Source: a bacterium
GTDB lineage: Bacteria > Margulisbacteria > Marinamargulisbacteria > GCA-2716485 > JAYNIM01
Assembly (NCBI GenBank): GCA_038109055.1
Contig: JAYNIM010000001.1
Location: 103,045-167,044, forward strand
Direction of reading: 5' to 3'
Length of the DNA stretch: 64,000 nt
The notes below the pieces were generated by a model. That model ran no database searches, was not told the DNA's origin, and saw only the letters and a program-made list of their open reading frames with translations. Shown piece after piece: positions 49,541 through 60,011 of the stretch (positions are counted from its first letter, which is position 1; every line of letters begins with the position of its first letter). Position numbers and translations under genes: made by a program.

Positions 49541-49918
49541 TCATTTATCTGACATCTTATGTTTTTTTTTTAAATAGTCGATTAAGCGTAGATTTTTAAT
49601 AAATAGACGTGTTTTTTGGGAGGTCCTAACGGGGTTTGTGGTGATGAGATGGATGTCTTTGGAATTTGAGACCTGTGTTTTTATAGAGTAGCTGTTGTAC
49701 CTTTTTCCTTCTTTAATTTTAACGATTTGCAGGTCTTTTAGGTAGTGGGTATAGTTGTTTTTGATTACTAAGGTGTTTGAATTTATGATGTCTACTGGGA
49801 TACTGAGTACGATACGTTTATTCAGTAAATAGCTTAGGGTAGCAAATAAGAGACATAAATGTATTATTAGGCTTAGTTTGATCAAGTTGTGTTTTTTCTT
49901 TTCTTTTTTGTTGGTCAT
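49541..49918 (-). CDS. Small single-TM protein coupled to the ABC exporter
   Basis: ATG at 49918 overlaps the ABC stop (ATGA); one TM; C-terminal RLIDYL. Confidence 0.55.
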   Translation of the reverse strand: MTNKKEKKKHNLIKLSLIIHLCLLFATLSYLLNKRIVLSIPVDIINSNTLVIKNNYTHYLKDLQIVKIKEGKRYNSYSIKTQVSNSKDIHLITTNPVRTSQKTRLFIKNLRLIDYLKKKHKMSDK

Positions 49919-52020
49919 GTTTTTTGGGGTTGTTTTGATAGTAGAGTTTGGCAACAGTCGAAGGGGCTATTGTTGTGATTATCTGTTTGGAGTGTATAGC
50001 TTAATTTTAAGTTCGTATATTGTTTTTTGAACAGGTTTTTTTCTATAGTATGGCAGGCATGATCAAGGTCTTGGCGTGCTTTTTGTGTGGATGTGTCAAT
50101 AAAAAGTATCCACCATTGTTCTTGATTCTTATGGCAAAGGATGTGTTTGTTTTCTAAGATCAGGTCTAAAGTTGTACTTAGTTCGTAATTGAGGTTCTCT
50201 TCAATGTTAGTTACATTATGCGTGAGTAAGGCTAGCTCTAAGTTATGCTTGTTTAAGCGAAGGTCATTGTAACGGGTTAGGAAGTGTTGAAAGGAGCCAA
50301 ATTGTTGTTCGTAGAGTTTGTGAAAAGGTCCGCGGCGCTGAAGTAATTCTTCGAGACTCCCTTCTTCAACGACGGAACCTTGACTTCCGATGACGACTAT
50401 TTTATCAAGTCCTTGGAGACTAGATAAACGATGTGTCATGATGATCATTGTTTTCTCTTTTTTTAATTCTTGAATAATACGATGGATGTATTCTTCGCTT
50501 TGACTATCTAGTCCGCTACTAGCTTCATCGAAAATCATGATTTTGGGGTTTGTTGCCAATGCTCTGGCGATAGCAATACGCTGTTGTTGTCCTTGAGATA
50601 GTGTTTGACCGTGTGGATCTATTTTTGTGTCGTAACCTTGAGGTAAGTTGGTGATGAAATCATGGCAATGGGCTTTTTTTGCAAGTGTGATGATCTCTTG
50701 GTTTGTTAGGGATTTGTTTAGGCCAAGCCCTATGTTTTCTTTAATACTCAACGCTAAAAGGGGCGTTTTGTCTTGTATGAGTGCGATTTGGTCTCTGTAT
50801 GTGACGAGATTATAGTCTTGTATTGGGATAGAATCGATGAGAATGTCTCCCTTTGTGGCTGTGTAAAATCGAAGTAATAAATCTGCAATACTGGATTTTC
50901 CAATGCCTGATTTTCCGACAATACCTACACTGCTTCTTTTGGGGATATTGAAATTAAGGTTTTGTAGAATATCTTTGTTTTTGTGATAACTGAAATAGAT
51001 ATTTTTAAACGTTATTTGGCCAGCTAGAGTTTTTTTTATATTTTGTGTGTTATTACTTTCATTTTTTGCTTTAAAAAGGTCTAGAATTCTTTCGAAACTC
51101 ACTTTTGTACTTTGCCAGGCCATGTATTGCTGTAGTAATGTTTGGCTTGGTTCTTTGATCATACTTATTAAGGCTGCTAAGGCGATAATATCACCCATGC
51201 TGCAGATGTCTTGAATAACAAGGTAACCAAGAAATAAGGCAATACTTAGGTTCCAAATTTGGCTGATTGTAGTTTGTATGCTTTGAAAGATGGCTTTATA
51301 TAGCGTATTTTTTTCTTCTATTTTAAATAAAGAGTTTGTTTTGTTTGTGAGAGCTTCTTTTTCATTTTGCCATTTTTTGTATAGTTTAATGACTTTTAGA
51401 CTGTTGAGACGCTGTTCTAAAAAGTCAAATAAATCTGCATGAATTTCTTGATTTTCTTTTTGTATTTTTTTAATTTTTTTACTAAAAATCTTACTGTTTA
51501 TTGCGGAGAAAGGGACGCCTATAAATGCAAGAAAGATAAAGGGTTTATATATGTAATAACACAGGGCGGTGATACAGATGATTTGTAGACTGTGTTTGAT
51601 GCAGTTGGGGATTGTATACAGATAGAAATTTTCTATTTTGTGTAGGTCGTCGTCGATTCTGTATAGGAGATCTCCCGTACTATATTTTAGGTATGTCTTA
51701 TAGTTAAGATGGTAAAGTTTTTTATATGTTATTTTGTAAAGTCGTTGAAATAATGTTTGGCTCATGTTTAGTGTTAGCCATGCGTGATGTTGGTTGATTA
51801 GGCCTAATAATAAGGAGATTGTGAAGGGAATTAATGATAAGTAAAGGAGAAGTTGTAAATCTTTAAGTGGATAGGCATAATCAAAGACCGCTCGTAAAAT
51901 AAGGGGAATACTTAGTAAGGTTAGTTGTTTACTGATATCGGTGATTAAGCCGAGTGTATGGTTAAGCCATAAGCCTTTTTGTATATCTTTGAAGGGAGTG
52001 AATTTTTTTTTGTTTTTCAC
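49915..52020 (-). CDS. ABC exporter (fused TMD + NBD) with C-terminal extension
   Basis: TM domain, GKSGIGKSS, LSQGQQQRIAIARAL, DEASSGLD, THRLS; about 120 extra C-terminal residues. Confidence 0.9.
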   Translation of the reverse strand: MKNKKKFTPFKDIQKGLWLNHTLGLITDISKQLTLLSIPLILRAVFDYAYPLKDLQLLLYLSLIPFTISLLLGLINQHHAWLTLNMSQTLFQRLYKITYKKLYHLNYKTYLKYSTGDLLYRIDDDLHKIENFYLYTIPNCIKHSLQIICITALCYYIYKPFIFLAFIGVPFSAINSKIFSKKIKKIQKENQEIHADLFDFLEQRLNSLKVIKLYKKWQNEKEALTNKTNSLFKIEEKNTLYKAIFQSIQTTISQIWNLSIALFLGYLVIQDICSMGDIIALAALISMIKEPSQTLLQQYMAWQSTKVSFERILDLFKAKNESNNTQNIKKTLAGQITFKNIYFSYHKNKDILQNLNFNIPKRSSVGIVGKSGIGKSSIADLLLRFYTATKGDILIDSIPIQDYNLVTYRDQIALIQDKTPLLALSIKENIGLGLNKSLTNQEIITLAKKAHCHDFITNLPQGYDTKIDPHGQTLSQGQQQRIAIARALATNPKIMIFDEASSGLDSQSEEYIHRIIQELKKEKTMIIMTHRLSSLQGLDKIVVIGSQGSVVEEGSLEELLQRRGPFHKLYEQQFGSFQHFLTRYNDLRLNKHNLELALLTHNVTNIEENLNYELSTTLDLILENKHILCHKNQEQWWILFIDTSTQKARQDLDHACHTIEKNLFKKQYTNLKLSYTLQTDNHNNSPFDCCQTLLSKQPQKT

Positions 52021-52097
52021 CTCATTAACTTATCATGTCTCGAGTGCTTTTGTTTATTAGTTTGAGGGCTAAATATCCAAATGATTATATTTTTGTT

Positions 52098-52757
52098 ATG
52101 CTTTTTGTTATGCGGTTTTTGTTTCTTTTTTTTATTTGTCCTAGCGTGTTGTTTTCGTTAACCTTTCATGATTACCCTATATTGAGCCCTTTGCGTTTGG
52201 AATATACTAAAGCTTATGCCAAGCGACATTATGGTTTAGATAGCTATCATTTGATAGATCCTAAAATGATTGTAATCCATTATACGGCTATTGGAACCTT
52301 GTCTAATTCGTTGTTGGCATTTAAAGCAGCTGAAGCGTCGTTGGCTCGCTCTAAATTACGTTATTTTGGTGAATTAAATGTTGGGTGTCATTATGTTGTG
52401 GCATTGGATGGTGCTGTTTATTCGTTGTTACCTACAACGGTGATGGGCCGTCATATTGTGGGTTATAATCATGTTTCTATTGGGATTGAAAATGTGGCAT
52501 CTGAAGCCACACATCTTAGGGATGTACAATTGGATGTGAATATTGAATTGATTCGCTATTTACTTAAGAAGCATCCGACTATTGAGTATCTTATAGGCCA
52601 TTATGAATATATGATGAAACGTTATCCGCATTTTGCTTTGCGACGCCAGCTTGATGAAGGGTATGAAGCGCCGATTAAAATTGATCCAGGCTTTGTTTTT
52701 ATGCGTAAATTGCGAGACCGTTTACGTCAGGAACATCAGATAGTATTAAAAAAGTAA
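52098..52757 (+). CDS. N-acetylmuramoyl-L-alanine amidase (Amidase_2); start approximate
   Basis: IVIHYT, HYVV..DG, RHIVGYN..SIGIEN, LIGHYE, KIDPG. Confidence 0.88.
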   Translation: MLFVMRFLFLFFICPSVLFSLTFHDYPILSPLRLEYTKAYAKRHYGLDSYHLIDPKMIVIHYTAIGTLSNSLLAFKAAEASLARSKLRYFGELNVGCHYVVALDGAVYSLLPTTVMGRHIVGYNHVSIGIENVASEATHLRDVQLDVNIELIRYLLKKHPTIEYLIGHYEYMMKRYPHFALRRQLDEGYEAPIKIDPGFVFMRKLRDRLRQEHQIVLKK

Positions 52758-52758
52758 G

Positions 52759-53457
52759 TTATTTTTTTAGTAGTTTGATATTGTCTATTTCGATGTCAAT
52801 TTCGGCATGTTCCTCTTCTTGAATAAAGATGAACTGGGCTTGTATAAGGCCGCCTGACTTATTTTTATGATTGGGATTCCATTTGTTATCCCCTACCATT
52901 GGGTTCATATCTATAAATAGGTTTAGGGGAATGTAGAGGATGTTAAGGCCTTTTTTTGATATGGTTTGATCATAGACAAATTTATCGTCATGACTGGGTA
53001 GATAAGGTAAGGTTTTATTCAGTTCAATTACGTGATTGTTGTTGTCATCATCATAAAGTTCAATTTTTAATTGAAAGGGTTTTTTACTTTTATTGATGAG
53101 GCTTATTTTGAGTGTTTTGTAGGTGCTAGCGTCTGTTTTTAAAAAATTTGCTATGCCACCAATAAAAAATTTTCTTTTTTTGCCGTATAGGTGTAAGGCG
53201 TTTTTACTTAACCATTTATATTTGTTTTTGTTATTGATGATGATGTTGCTCTTAAGGTCTCCAAAGGTTTTCCAGTTTTTTTTAAAGCTTTTGTTATCAA
53301 AGTCATCGAGTAGTAATTTGTTTGTGTGCTTGTATATATGTGTGATGGGTTCTAAGGTTATTTTTTGGGGTTTATAGGTATCTTTTTTTTCTTTGGATAG
53401 AGTTAAGGTGTTCAAGCATAAAATAAGTAGGCAGATATTAAGGTAGATTCTTTTCAT
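52759..53457 (-). CDS. Exported protein, possible CBM11/CIA30-like carbohydrate-binding fold
   Basis: Signal peptide; LLLDDFD..W.TFG; IELYDDDN; IDIEIDNIKL. Confidence 0.5.
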   Translation of the reverse strand: MKRIYLNICLLILCLNTLTLSKEKKDTYKPQKITLEPITHIYKHTNKLLLDDFDNKSFKKNWKTFGDLKSNIIINNKNKYKWLSKNALHLYGKKRKFFIGGIANFLKTDASTYKTLKISLINKSKKPFQLKIELYDDDNNNHVIELNKTLPYLPSHDDKFVYDQTISKKGLNILYIPLNLFIDMNPMVGDNKWNPNHKNKSGGLIQAQFIFIQEEEHAEIDIEIDNIKLLKK

Positions 53458-54871
53458 GATTTACCCTTAATAATAATGCATTCTCTTGTAGATTTACAAT
53501 TTTATAAGGTTCTGCGATTTCTATGCCGATCACACATAGTATTTCGTTGTTATGGCATAGGAGAGGTTGCCATTTTTGTTGGGATAACGGAATTTGTTTT
53601 TTTTTGAAAAATGAGTTTAGCGTCTTTTTTTCTTTTTTTCCAAAAGCGTGAAAAGTATCTTTTTGTTGAGGGGATCTTATGTATAAATCTTTTGCTTGGA
53701 GTTTTTTTAAATTAAGGAGATGTGTTTTTTTGTATTTGAGTCTTTCCTTTGCTATTGTTTTTGTTTTTCTTAGTTTCCAAGTGATGTGTAGGGGGTGATT
53801 TGGGATTAAGAAAACGCCTGATTCTGTTTTTAAGGGGTGTTTATAGGGAGTATCTCTTTTTGTGTTGGTTGTTAAAAGGAGGGTTTTGTTTTCATAGTAA
53901 GCACGTAGACCTTTTGGAAGTGTGAGTTGTTTTGAATTGTTTCGTTTTTTTAGAAAAGATTCTAAATTTTCTAGATGAGATTTGGATAGTTTTGGAAGTG
54001 TTTCTTTGAGACCCTTAGTGTGTGTATAGGTGTTTTTTTTGAGTTTTTCATAGCAGAGATAGAGTAAACGTTTTTGTTGAAGCGAACTTAAGGGGTCAAA
54101 ATGGCGTATTTTTATACGGAGTGTTTGGTTGCTTATGTGTATTTGTTCGAGTGCTTCTTTTAGGCTTTGGTCGATATAGTTGTATTGATCATGAACAAGT
54201 TCTTCAATGTTTTTTAGGGTTTTTAGGATGGCTGGGTTGATTTTTTTGAGCGTGGGTATGACGTTTAACCGTAGTTTGTTTCTGTCGTAAGTATCCTTTG
54301 AGTTGCTACTATCTGTGTAATAAGAGATGTTTTCTTTGTTAAGGTAGTTAAGGATTTCTTTTTTTTCAATATTGATTAGTGGGCGTAATAGAGTATTTGG
54401 AGGTTGTTTTTCTTGAAATGTAAGATTACCGAAGTGGTTTGCACACCCTTTGATGATACGTAGTAAACGTGTTTCAAGATGATCATCTTGGTGATGTCCC
54501 ATACATATTGTTTGGATATTTTTTAATTTTGCATAATGTTTTAGTATGGCTTTTCGACAAAGGTGGCCGGATGCTTCAATTGATAATTTGTATCTTTCTG
54601 CATGACGTTTAATTGGAATTCGTTTTATTGTTAGTGGGACATTTTCGCTTTTGCTAAATGTTTTGATAAAGGCTTCTTCTTGTAGATGGTCTTTCCGTAG
54701 TTGATGATTAATATAGAGTAAGTGACAGTTTTTTTTTCCTACGTGGCGACTGATTACCTTGTATAAACATATTGAGTCTGGGCCACCAGAAAATGCAATT
54801 AACACAGGGTTTTTTTTTGATAGTTTTTTAACTAATTCAGGCTCTATTTTTTCGTAAATATTGCGAAACAT
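53438..54871 (-). CDS. tilS: tRNA(Ile)-lysidine synthetase
   Basis: AFSGGPDS, INHQLR, GHHQDD.LET, LRPL, DSSN...Y.RN.LR. Confidence 0.95.
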   Translation of the reverse strand: MFRNIYEKIEPELVKKLSKKNPVLIAFSGGPDSICLYKVISRHVGKKNCHLLYINHQLRKDHLQEEAFIKTFSKSENVPLTIKRIPIKRHAERYKLSIEASGHLCRKAILKHYAKLKNIQTICMGHHQDDHLETRLLRIIKGCANHFGNLTFQEKQPPNTLLRPLINIEKKEILNYLNKENISYYTDSSNSKDTYDRNKLRLNVIPTLKKINPAILKTLKNIEELVHDQYNYIDQSLKEALEQIHISNQTLRIKIRHFDPLSSLQQKRLLYLCYEKLKKNTYTHTKGLKETLPKLSKSHLENLESFLKKRNNSKQLTLPKGLRAYYENKTLLLTTNTKRDTPYKHPLKTESGVFLIPNHPLHITWKLRKTKTIAKERLKYKKTHLLNLKKLQAKDLYIRSPQQKDTFHAFGKKEKKTLNSFFKKKQIPLSQQKWQPLLCHNNEILCVIGIEIAEPYKIVNLQENALLLRVNHEKNLP

Positions 54872-54881
54872 TTAGATATAA

Positions 54882-56420
54882 TTACATTTTTTCTGGCGTT
54901 GATAAGCCAAGTATGGTTAAACAGCAATCAAAAACTTCTTTTGTTTTTAAAATAATCAGTAAACGCTGTGTTTTTTGTGTGTCGCTGGCTTTTATAATGG
55001 GGCAAGATTCGTAAAAGGTATGAAATTTCTTGGCTAGTGTATAAAGATAATGACATAGAATTTGTGGATTAAGCTGTTCACCTGCCTGAGTAATGTGGTC
55101 TTTAAATTGGCTGGCATGCAACATTAGGCTACGTTCTTTTTTTTCTAGCTGTAGGTGCTTTTTATCCATTGTTTTTGAGGGTGAAATTTGTTTTAAAATA
55201 CTGTTGATGCGGACGTAGGCATATTGAATGTAATAAACAGGGTTTTCATTACTTTTTTCTTTTGCTAGCTCTAAATCAAAGTCTATGTGGGTATTTGCGT
55301 GATTTTGTGCTAGAAAATAGCGAGTGGCATCAACACCAATTTCATCCATGACCTCGGATAATGTAATCATATCTCCGCTGCGTTTGGACATACGTATTGG
55401 TTTTCCTTTTCGTTTAAGATTGACGAGTTGTCCTAGAATAACGGTGAATTTATTTTTATCTTTATAGCTGTTGCCATGTAGAGCAATGAGGGCTGCACGA
55501 ACACGGGCAATATATCCGTGATGATCAGCTCCCCATATATTGATTAGGGTGTCATAACTTCTTTTAGCCTTTTCGTTATGGTAAGCAATGTCTACAGCAA
55601 AATAGGTGAATTGGCCATCTTTTTTAATTAATACTCGATCTTTTTCGTCTCCGAATTCGCTTGATTTAAACCATAGTGCAGCGTCTTTTTCATAGGTTAG
55701 ATTTTTCGTTTGTAATAGTTCTATGATGGGGTTGATTTTGTTTTCTTTGTGTAAGGATTGTTCTGAATACCAGTTTTTGAAATGTGTTCGAAGTCGTTTT
55801 AAATTGGCTTTTTGATTGTCAATATTACTTTTTAGGGGATTGGTTGATTCTTTTGCGAGCTCTTTCATGTAGTTACCGTGATAACCATTTTCAGGAATTG
55901 CTTTATTTTCTTTAATGGCGCTGATGGTAGCGTTGAAATTGTTTACTTGTTCACCTGTATCATTGATGTAAAATTCTTCATCCACACTTGCTCCGCAAAA
56001 TCTGAGTATATTTGCCAAGCAAGATCCGATACTTGCCCAGCGTGCATGGCCGATGTGTAAAGGACCTGTTGGATTAGCAGATACGTATTCTAGTAAATAT
56101 CTTTTTCCTTTTTGTATCTGTATAGCCTGGGTGTCTAGTTGTTGAAAATAATCCCATAGAGAGTTGTTTTTAATTTTAAAGTTAATGAACCCATTAATGG
56201 CACTGACGTCAAATTCTTGGGATATACATTGCTTTGCTAATGTTTCTGCTAATTCTTTGGGGTTTTGAGACTGCTGTTTGGCTAGTTGAAAACATAAAGG
56301 GGTTGAATAATCGCCGTGTTCAACTATTTTAGGTGCTTCAATGATTATTTTCTGGGTATCAAAAGAGAGCTGTTGTTGCTTTAATAGTTTTATTAGGGTG
56401 TTTTTTAGAATGTTTTTCAT
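54882..56420 (-). CDS. argS: Arginine-tRNA ligase
   Basis: EYVSANPTGPLHIGH, WGADHHGY, MSKRSG, NPVYYIQYA. Confidence 0.97.
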   Translation of the reverse strand: MKNILKNTLIKLLKQQQLSFDTQKIIIEAPKIVEHGDYSTPLCFQLAKQQSQNPKELAETLAKQCISQEFDVSAINGFINFKIKNNSLWDYFQQLDTQAIQIQKGKRYLLEYVSANPTGPLHIGHARWASIGSCLANILRFCGASVDEEFYINDTGEQVNNFNATISAIKENKAIPENGYHGNYMKELAKESTNPLKSNIDNQKANLKRLRTHFKNWYSEQSLHKENKINPIIELLQTKNLTYEKDAALWFKSSEFGDEKDRVLIKKDGQFTYFAVDIAYHNEKAKRSYDTLINIWGADHHGYIARVRAALIALHGNSYKDKNKFTVILGQLVNLKRKGKPIRMSKRSGDMITLSEVMDEIGVDATRYFLAQNHANTHIDFDLELAKEKSNENPVYYIQYAYVRINSILKQISPSKTMDKKHLQLEKKERSLMLHASQFKDHITQAGEQLNPQILCHYLYTLAKKFHTFYESCPIIKASDTQKTQRLLIILKTKEVFDCCLTILGLSTPEKM

Positions 56421-58249
56421 GGGGCGTTGAATTTTTTGTTAAGTTTGTTTTCTATTTCTGGAATTTTGGATAGTAATGCCATGATTTCAGCTTTATTTAT
56501 TAATCTGTTTGGATAAAAGTAGCTGTATTTTGTGGATAGAATATCATTGGTTATGGCTGTTTTGATATAGGGGAAAACCCAATGTGTGTCTTGTATGTCC
56601 CAGAAAGGAATTTTTTCTATGTCGGATTGTTCTGTTAACTTGCTTGCTCGAATAATGGCGCTAAGTGCTTGTGCACGAGTAAGGTTTTTTTTTGGTTGAA
56701 AATGTCCGTTTTCGTCTAAATTCATAATTTTGTTTGTTAAAATTGTTTGAATTGCATATTTTTTTTTGTTTTGATGAACATCAGGAATATTTATTAGTGA
56801 TATGTTTGCACTGACCTTTAAATCAAAAATATTGTTTAATAGAGAAGCGAGATCTTCTCTGTTGACCAAATTTTTGGGGTTAAATGTTTCTTCATTTTTA
56901 ATTAAACCTGCATAATTTGCTTTAGCTACTGTATCTTGGATCCAATGTCCTTCTAAATCTTTTGGGCTTTCAAGATAGTGAATGTGTAGGGCTTTATCTT
57001 CGTTTTTTATTTTTAATATAAATATGTTTTTACCTTTTTTTAAGGTAAGGTCTTTAGAAAAAAAACCATAGTGATCTATTGGGATGCTTTCATTATTTAT
57101 GAGCAATTTTGTGGGGGGATTAATTTGGCCTTCAAGTGTGAAATTTTCGTTATATACGATTTTTGGTTCTTTGAAATTATTAAGGTAAATTTCAGGATGT
57201 TCTTGTTGGTTGAAATTTTTTTCTAATCTTTCTGTGATTATTTTTTTTAGATCTAACTTAATTTCGTGTGTTTCTTCTAATTTGTTGATTTGTATATTAT
57301 TTAGTTCTGATTGAATTTTTGGATAGTGGCTAACACACTCAATAAGTGTGGCCCATGTTAGTTCTTCAAAGGGGTGGCTTTGGTGGTTTTGGGAGATGAA
57401 TTTTTCGTTTATTGCGGCTTTGAAATAAGGAGTTGTCCAATGTTGATGTTTTTTGGGGGGTGTTTTTATTTCTACGTTGTTTGCTTTTAGCATACTGAGT
57501 ATAAAGTCTATTTTTGTGATACCTTTGTCTGGTTGGAAGCGTTTATCAGGAAAGGTACTTATCCACTTCTTTTGCATCGCGGTGTTGATGTAGTCAGTGG
57601 CCCAATGAGACAGAGGGACATCAGGATGATGAGATGATTCTTTGATTAGTTTTGTTTTGGTTAAGGTGCACAAAAAATAGGCTAATTGAGCACGTGTCAC
57701 TTTTGTTTTTAAGGTGTCTTTATTGTGTTTTGCAAAAATGGAGTTATAAAAGTTTATATAGTATTTACGGTTGCTTTTGAATTCATTGATATCTTTTGGG
57801 GAGTCTAATTTTTTTACGGTTCTATAGACAAGGATGTATTTGTTTTCTGGTGTAAAAAAAATGATGGGGATGTGATGTGTTTTTGTTTCTTTTAGTGGGT
57901 ATTCAACATAAAAATTTCCGTTATTATTGCAAGGAATGTTTTGGTTATTTATGATGATATTTGTTTTGTATTTATTTTTTCCTTTGATTATTAGTTTATC
58001 TTTTAGTGTTAATATTGGGATTGGAGTTGTGTAGAGTTGTAGGCTGTCTTTGTATTTTTTTGGAATTTCATATAATGATTTAGGCGTGATTTGTTGTGTT
58101 TTAAGGTGTTTTTCTTGATCTTTACTTAAAGGATTTTCTGTTAGGCTAGTTTTGTTGATGAGTGTTTGAAATAAGTTGTCTGAGGACGCGTTTATTGTGG
58201 CATATAATATACAAATTAAAAGCGGCGTTAGGGCTATCAAATTTTTCAT
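56417..58249 (-). CDS. S-layer homology (SLH) domain protein with Ig-like inserts
   Basis: DVPLSHWA..I, FQPDKGITK, DLEGHW, FNPKNLVNRED, FQPKKNLTRAQ, FWDIQDTHW, FYPNRLINKAE. Confidence 0.85.
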   Translation of the reverse strand: MKNLIALTPLLICILYATINASSDNLFQTLINKTSLTENPLSKDQEKHLKTQQITPKSLYEIPKKYKDSLQLYTTPIPILTLKDKLIIKGKNKYKTNIIINNQNIPCNNNGNFYVEYPLKETKTHHIPIIFFTPENKYILVYRTVKKLDSPKDINEFKSNRKYYINFYNSIFAKHNKDTLKTKVTRAQLAYFLCTLTKTKLIKESSHHPDVPLSHWATDYINTAMQKKWISTFPDKRFQPDKGITKIDFILSMLKANNVEIKTPPKKHQHWTTPYFKAAINEKFISQNHQSHPFEELTWATLIECVSHYPKIQSELNNIQINKLEETHEIKLDLKKIITERLEKNFNQQEHPEIYLNNFKEPKIVYNENFTLEGQINPPTKLLINNESIPIDHYGFFSKDLTLKKGKNIFILKIKNEDKALHIHYLESPKDLEGHWIQDTVAKANYAGLIKNEETFNPKNLVNREDLASLLNNIFDLKVSANISLINIPDVHQNKKKYAIQTILTNKIMNLDENGHFQPKKNLTRAQALSAIIRASKLTEQSDIEKIPFWDIQDTHWVFPYIKTAITNDILSTKYSYFYPNRLINKAEIMALLSKIPEIENKLNKKFNAP

Positions 58250-58260
58250 ATGATTAGGGG

Positions 58261-58333
58261 TGCCGAGAGGCGGAATCGAACCACCGACACAGGGATTTTC
58301 AGTCCCCTGCTCTACCGACTGAGCTATCTCGGC
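58261..58333 (-). tRNA. tRNA-Phe(GAA)
   Basis: GCCGAGATAGCTCAGTCGGTAGAGCAGGGGACTGAAAATCCCTGTGTCGGTGGTTCGATTCCGCCTCTCGGCA; cloverleaf with anticodon GAA. Confidence 0.97.
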
Positions 58334-58337
58334 TTGA

Positions 58338-58411
<74 letters not shown>

Positions 58412-58428
58412 TAAATTGTGTCTTAGTT

Positions 58429-58457
58429 ATGTTATACAATACAAAGTTGATTTACAA
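58429..58457 (-). promoter_or_regulatory. sigma70-type promoter of the tRNA pair
   Basis: TTGTAA-17 bp-TAACAT on the minus strand, 18 bp upstream of tRNA-Thr. Confidence 0.55.
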
Positions 58458-58475
58458 GGTTTTTTCTTAAAGAAT

Positions 58476-59432
58476 TTATTTTTTTGTGCAAATTAGGGTA
58501 CTTCGTTGTGGTCGTGGATATCCTTCTATTGTTAGTCGTGGGTCTTTTGGGTTTAAAAATTGTTCTAATGAATGACTATAGGTCCATTTAGTTTGTTGTT
58601 GTTCGCTAAACTGTGTGATGTTTCTTTCGATGCATTCAATATTAGAAAATCCGCTCTTTAGACACCAATTTTTTAGGCAGGGCCAGGTGGGGATGTGATA
58701 GACATTTTTCATACTTGCGTATCGGTCTTTGGGGCTAAAGGCTACCTCGCTTTCGCCTGGCCAAATAAGTGTTTCTAGAATTAAATGGCCTTTGGGGCTT
58801 AATAGTTGTTGACAGTGTTTAAGATGAGCGATTGGGTCTTTTCGGTGATATAAAATGCCCATGTTTAGGATTACATCTACGATGTTTGATATATTTGTGA
58901 ACGATTCTATACCTAGTGGCAGAAATTCTATGTTTGGGGTGTTACTTTGATGGACGATGATTTCAAATTGGTAGTAGTAGGCAATATAAGGATCTATGGC
59001 CAAAATAAATGTGGGTTGATGTTCTAAACTTCGTAGTGAAAAATAGCCTGATCCAGCCCCTATATCTAAGATTCGTTTGTTGGTCATTAGGTGATGCAAA
59101 GGTTTGAGGCGCTCCCATTTCATATAGCATTGCCATTCTGTGTTTATGTGGATGTCCCCAATTTGAAAGGGACCTTTTCGCCAGGGTTTGAATTTTTTTA
59201 GCTGTTCTTCGAGTGTGTTTCTTGGGTTTATTAGGTCTATTTGTATCACTTTTTGGTTAAATCTGTGATTTGTAAAGTTGTTTTTTTTAATTTCCTTAAG
59301 ATGTTGATTGTATGTTCTGGCTATAGGTGTGGTTATTTTTGTGTTGTATTCGTTTAATAAACGAGTTGAAACCTCTTTTTTGAGGTGTAATTGCGCGCTA
59401 ATTTTTTCTATTCTATCTTTGCTATTTTTCAT
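58476..59432 (-). CDS. cmoB: tRNA U34 carboxymethyltransferase
   Basis: PWRKGPF, INTEW..KW.R, LDIGAGSGY, MGILYHR.DP, P.DRYA.M.NV..IP, TIEGYP.P.R. Confidence 0.94.
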   Translation of the reverse strand: MKNSKDRIEKISAQLHLKKEVSTRLLNEYNTKITTPIARTYNQHLKEIKKNNFTNHRFNQKVIQIDLINPRNTLEEQLKKFKPWRKGPFQIGDIHINTEWQCYMKWERLKPLHHLMTNKRILDIGAGSGYFSLRSLEHQPTFILAIDPYIAYYYQFEIIVHQSNTPNIEFLPLGIESFTNISNIVDVILNMGILYHRKDPIAHLKHCQQLLSPKGHLILETLIWPGESEVAFSPKDRYASMKNVYHIPTWPCLKNWCLKSGFSNIECIERNITQFSEQQQTKWTYSHSLEQFLNPKDPRLTIEGYPRPQRSTLICTKK

Positions 59433-59474
59433 TTTATTCTTGTCAGTTAACTTTTTTTAAGGCACAATCGAAGC

Positions 59475-60008
59475 ATGACCCTTATTATTTCTAGTAGTTT
59501 AAACCCTAAGAGTAAAAGTTTACAGTTAGCGCGTTTGTGTCAGGGGCTTTATTCTGAAATTTGTTCAGATGTGACCTTGTTGGATATGAAGGAGTATGAC
59601 TTACCCCTTTGTAATGCTGGATCCTGTTATCAAAATAGCTCGGTTAAGATCCTGGGGGAAAAAATTTTGAATGCGAAAGGCATTTTAGTTTCCACTCCTA
59701 TTTATAATTATGATGTTAATGCTGCCTTGAAAACATTATTGGAGTGTACTGGTAAAGCATGGTCTAATAAGGTCATTGGCTTTATGACTGTTGCCGGAGG
59801 TACGGGGAGTTATATGTCGTTGATGGGGTTTATTAATTCGTTGATGTTGGATTTCCGTTGTCTTGTAGTACCGCGTTTTGTCTATGCGACGGAAGCTGAT
59901 TTTGATCAGGAGCGTCTAACAAATGACGCTATCAAAGAACGTTTAGCCTTGTTGGTTAATATGCATTTTTCGGTTAGCTCTGCGCTAACTACTGTTTTGA
60001 ATAGGTGA
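59475..60008 (+). CDS. NADPH-dependent FMN reductase
   Basis: SSSLNPKSKS, STPIYNY..NAALK, AGG.GSYMS; preceded by TTGTCA-17-CACAAT. Confidence 0.88.
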   Translation: MTLIISSSLNPKSKSLQLARLCQGLYSEICSDVTLLDMKEYDLPLCNAGSCYQNSSVKILGEKILNAKGILVSTPIYNYDVNAALKTLLECTGKAWSNKVIGFMTVAGGTGSYMSLMGFINSLMLDFRCLVVPRFVYATEADFDQERLTNDAIKERLALLVNMHFSVSSALTTVLNR

Positions 60009-60011
60009 TCT

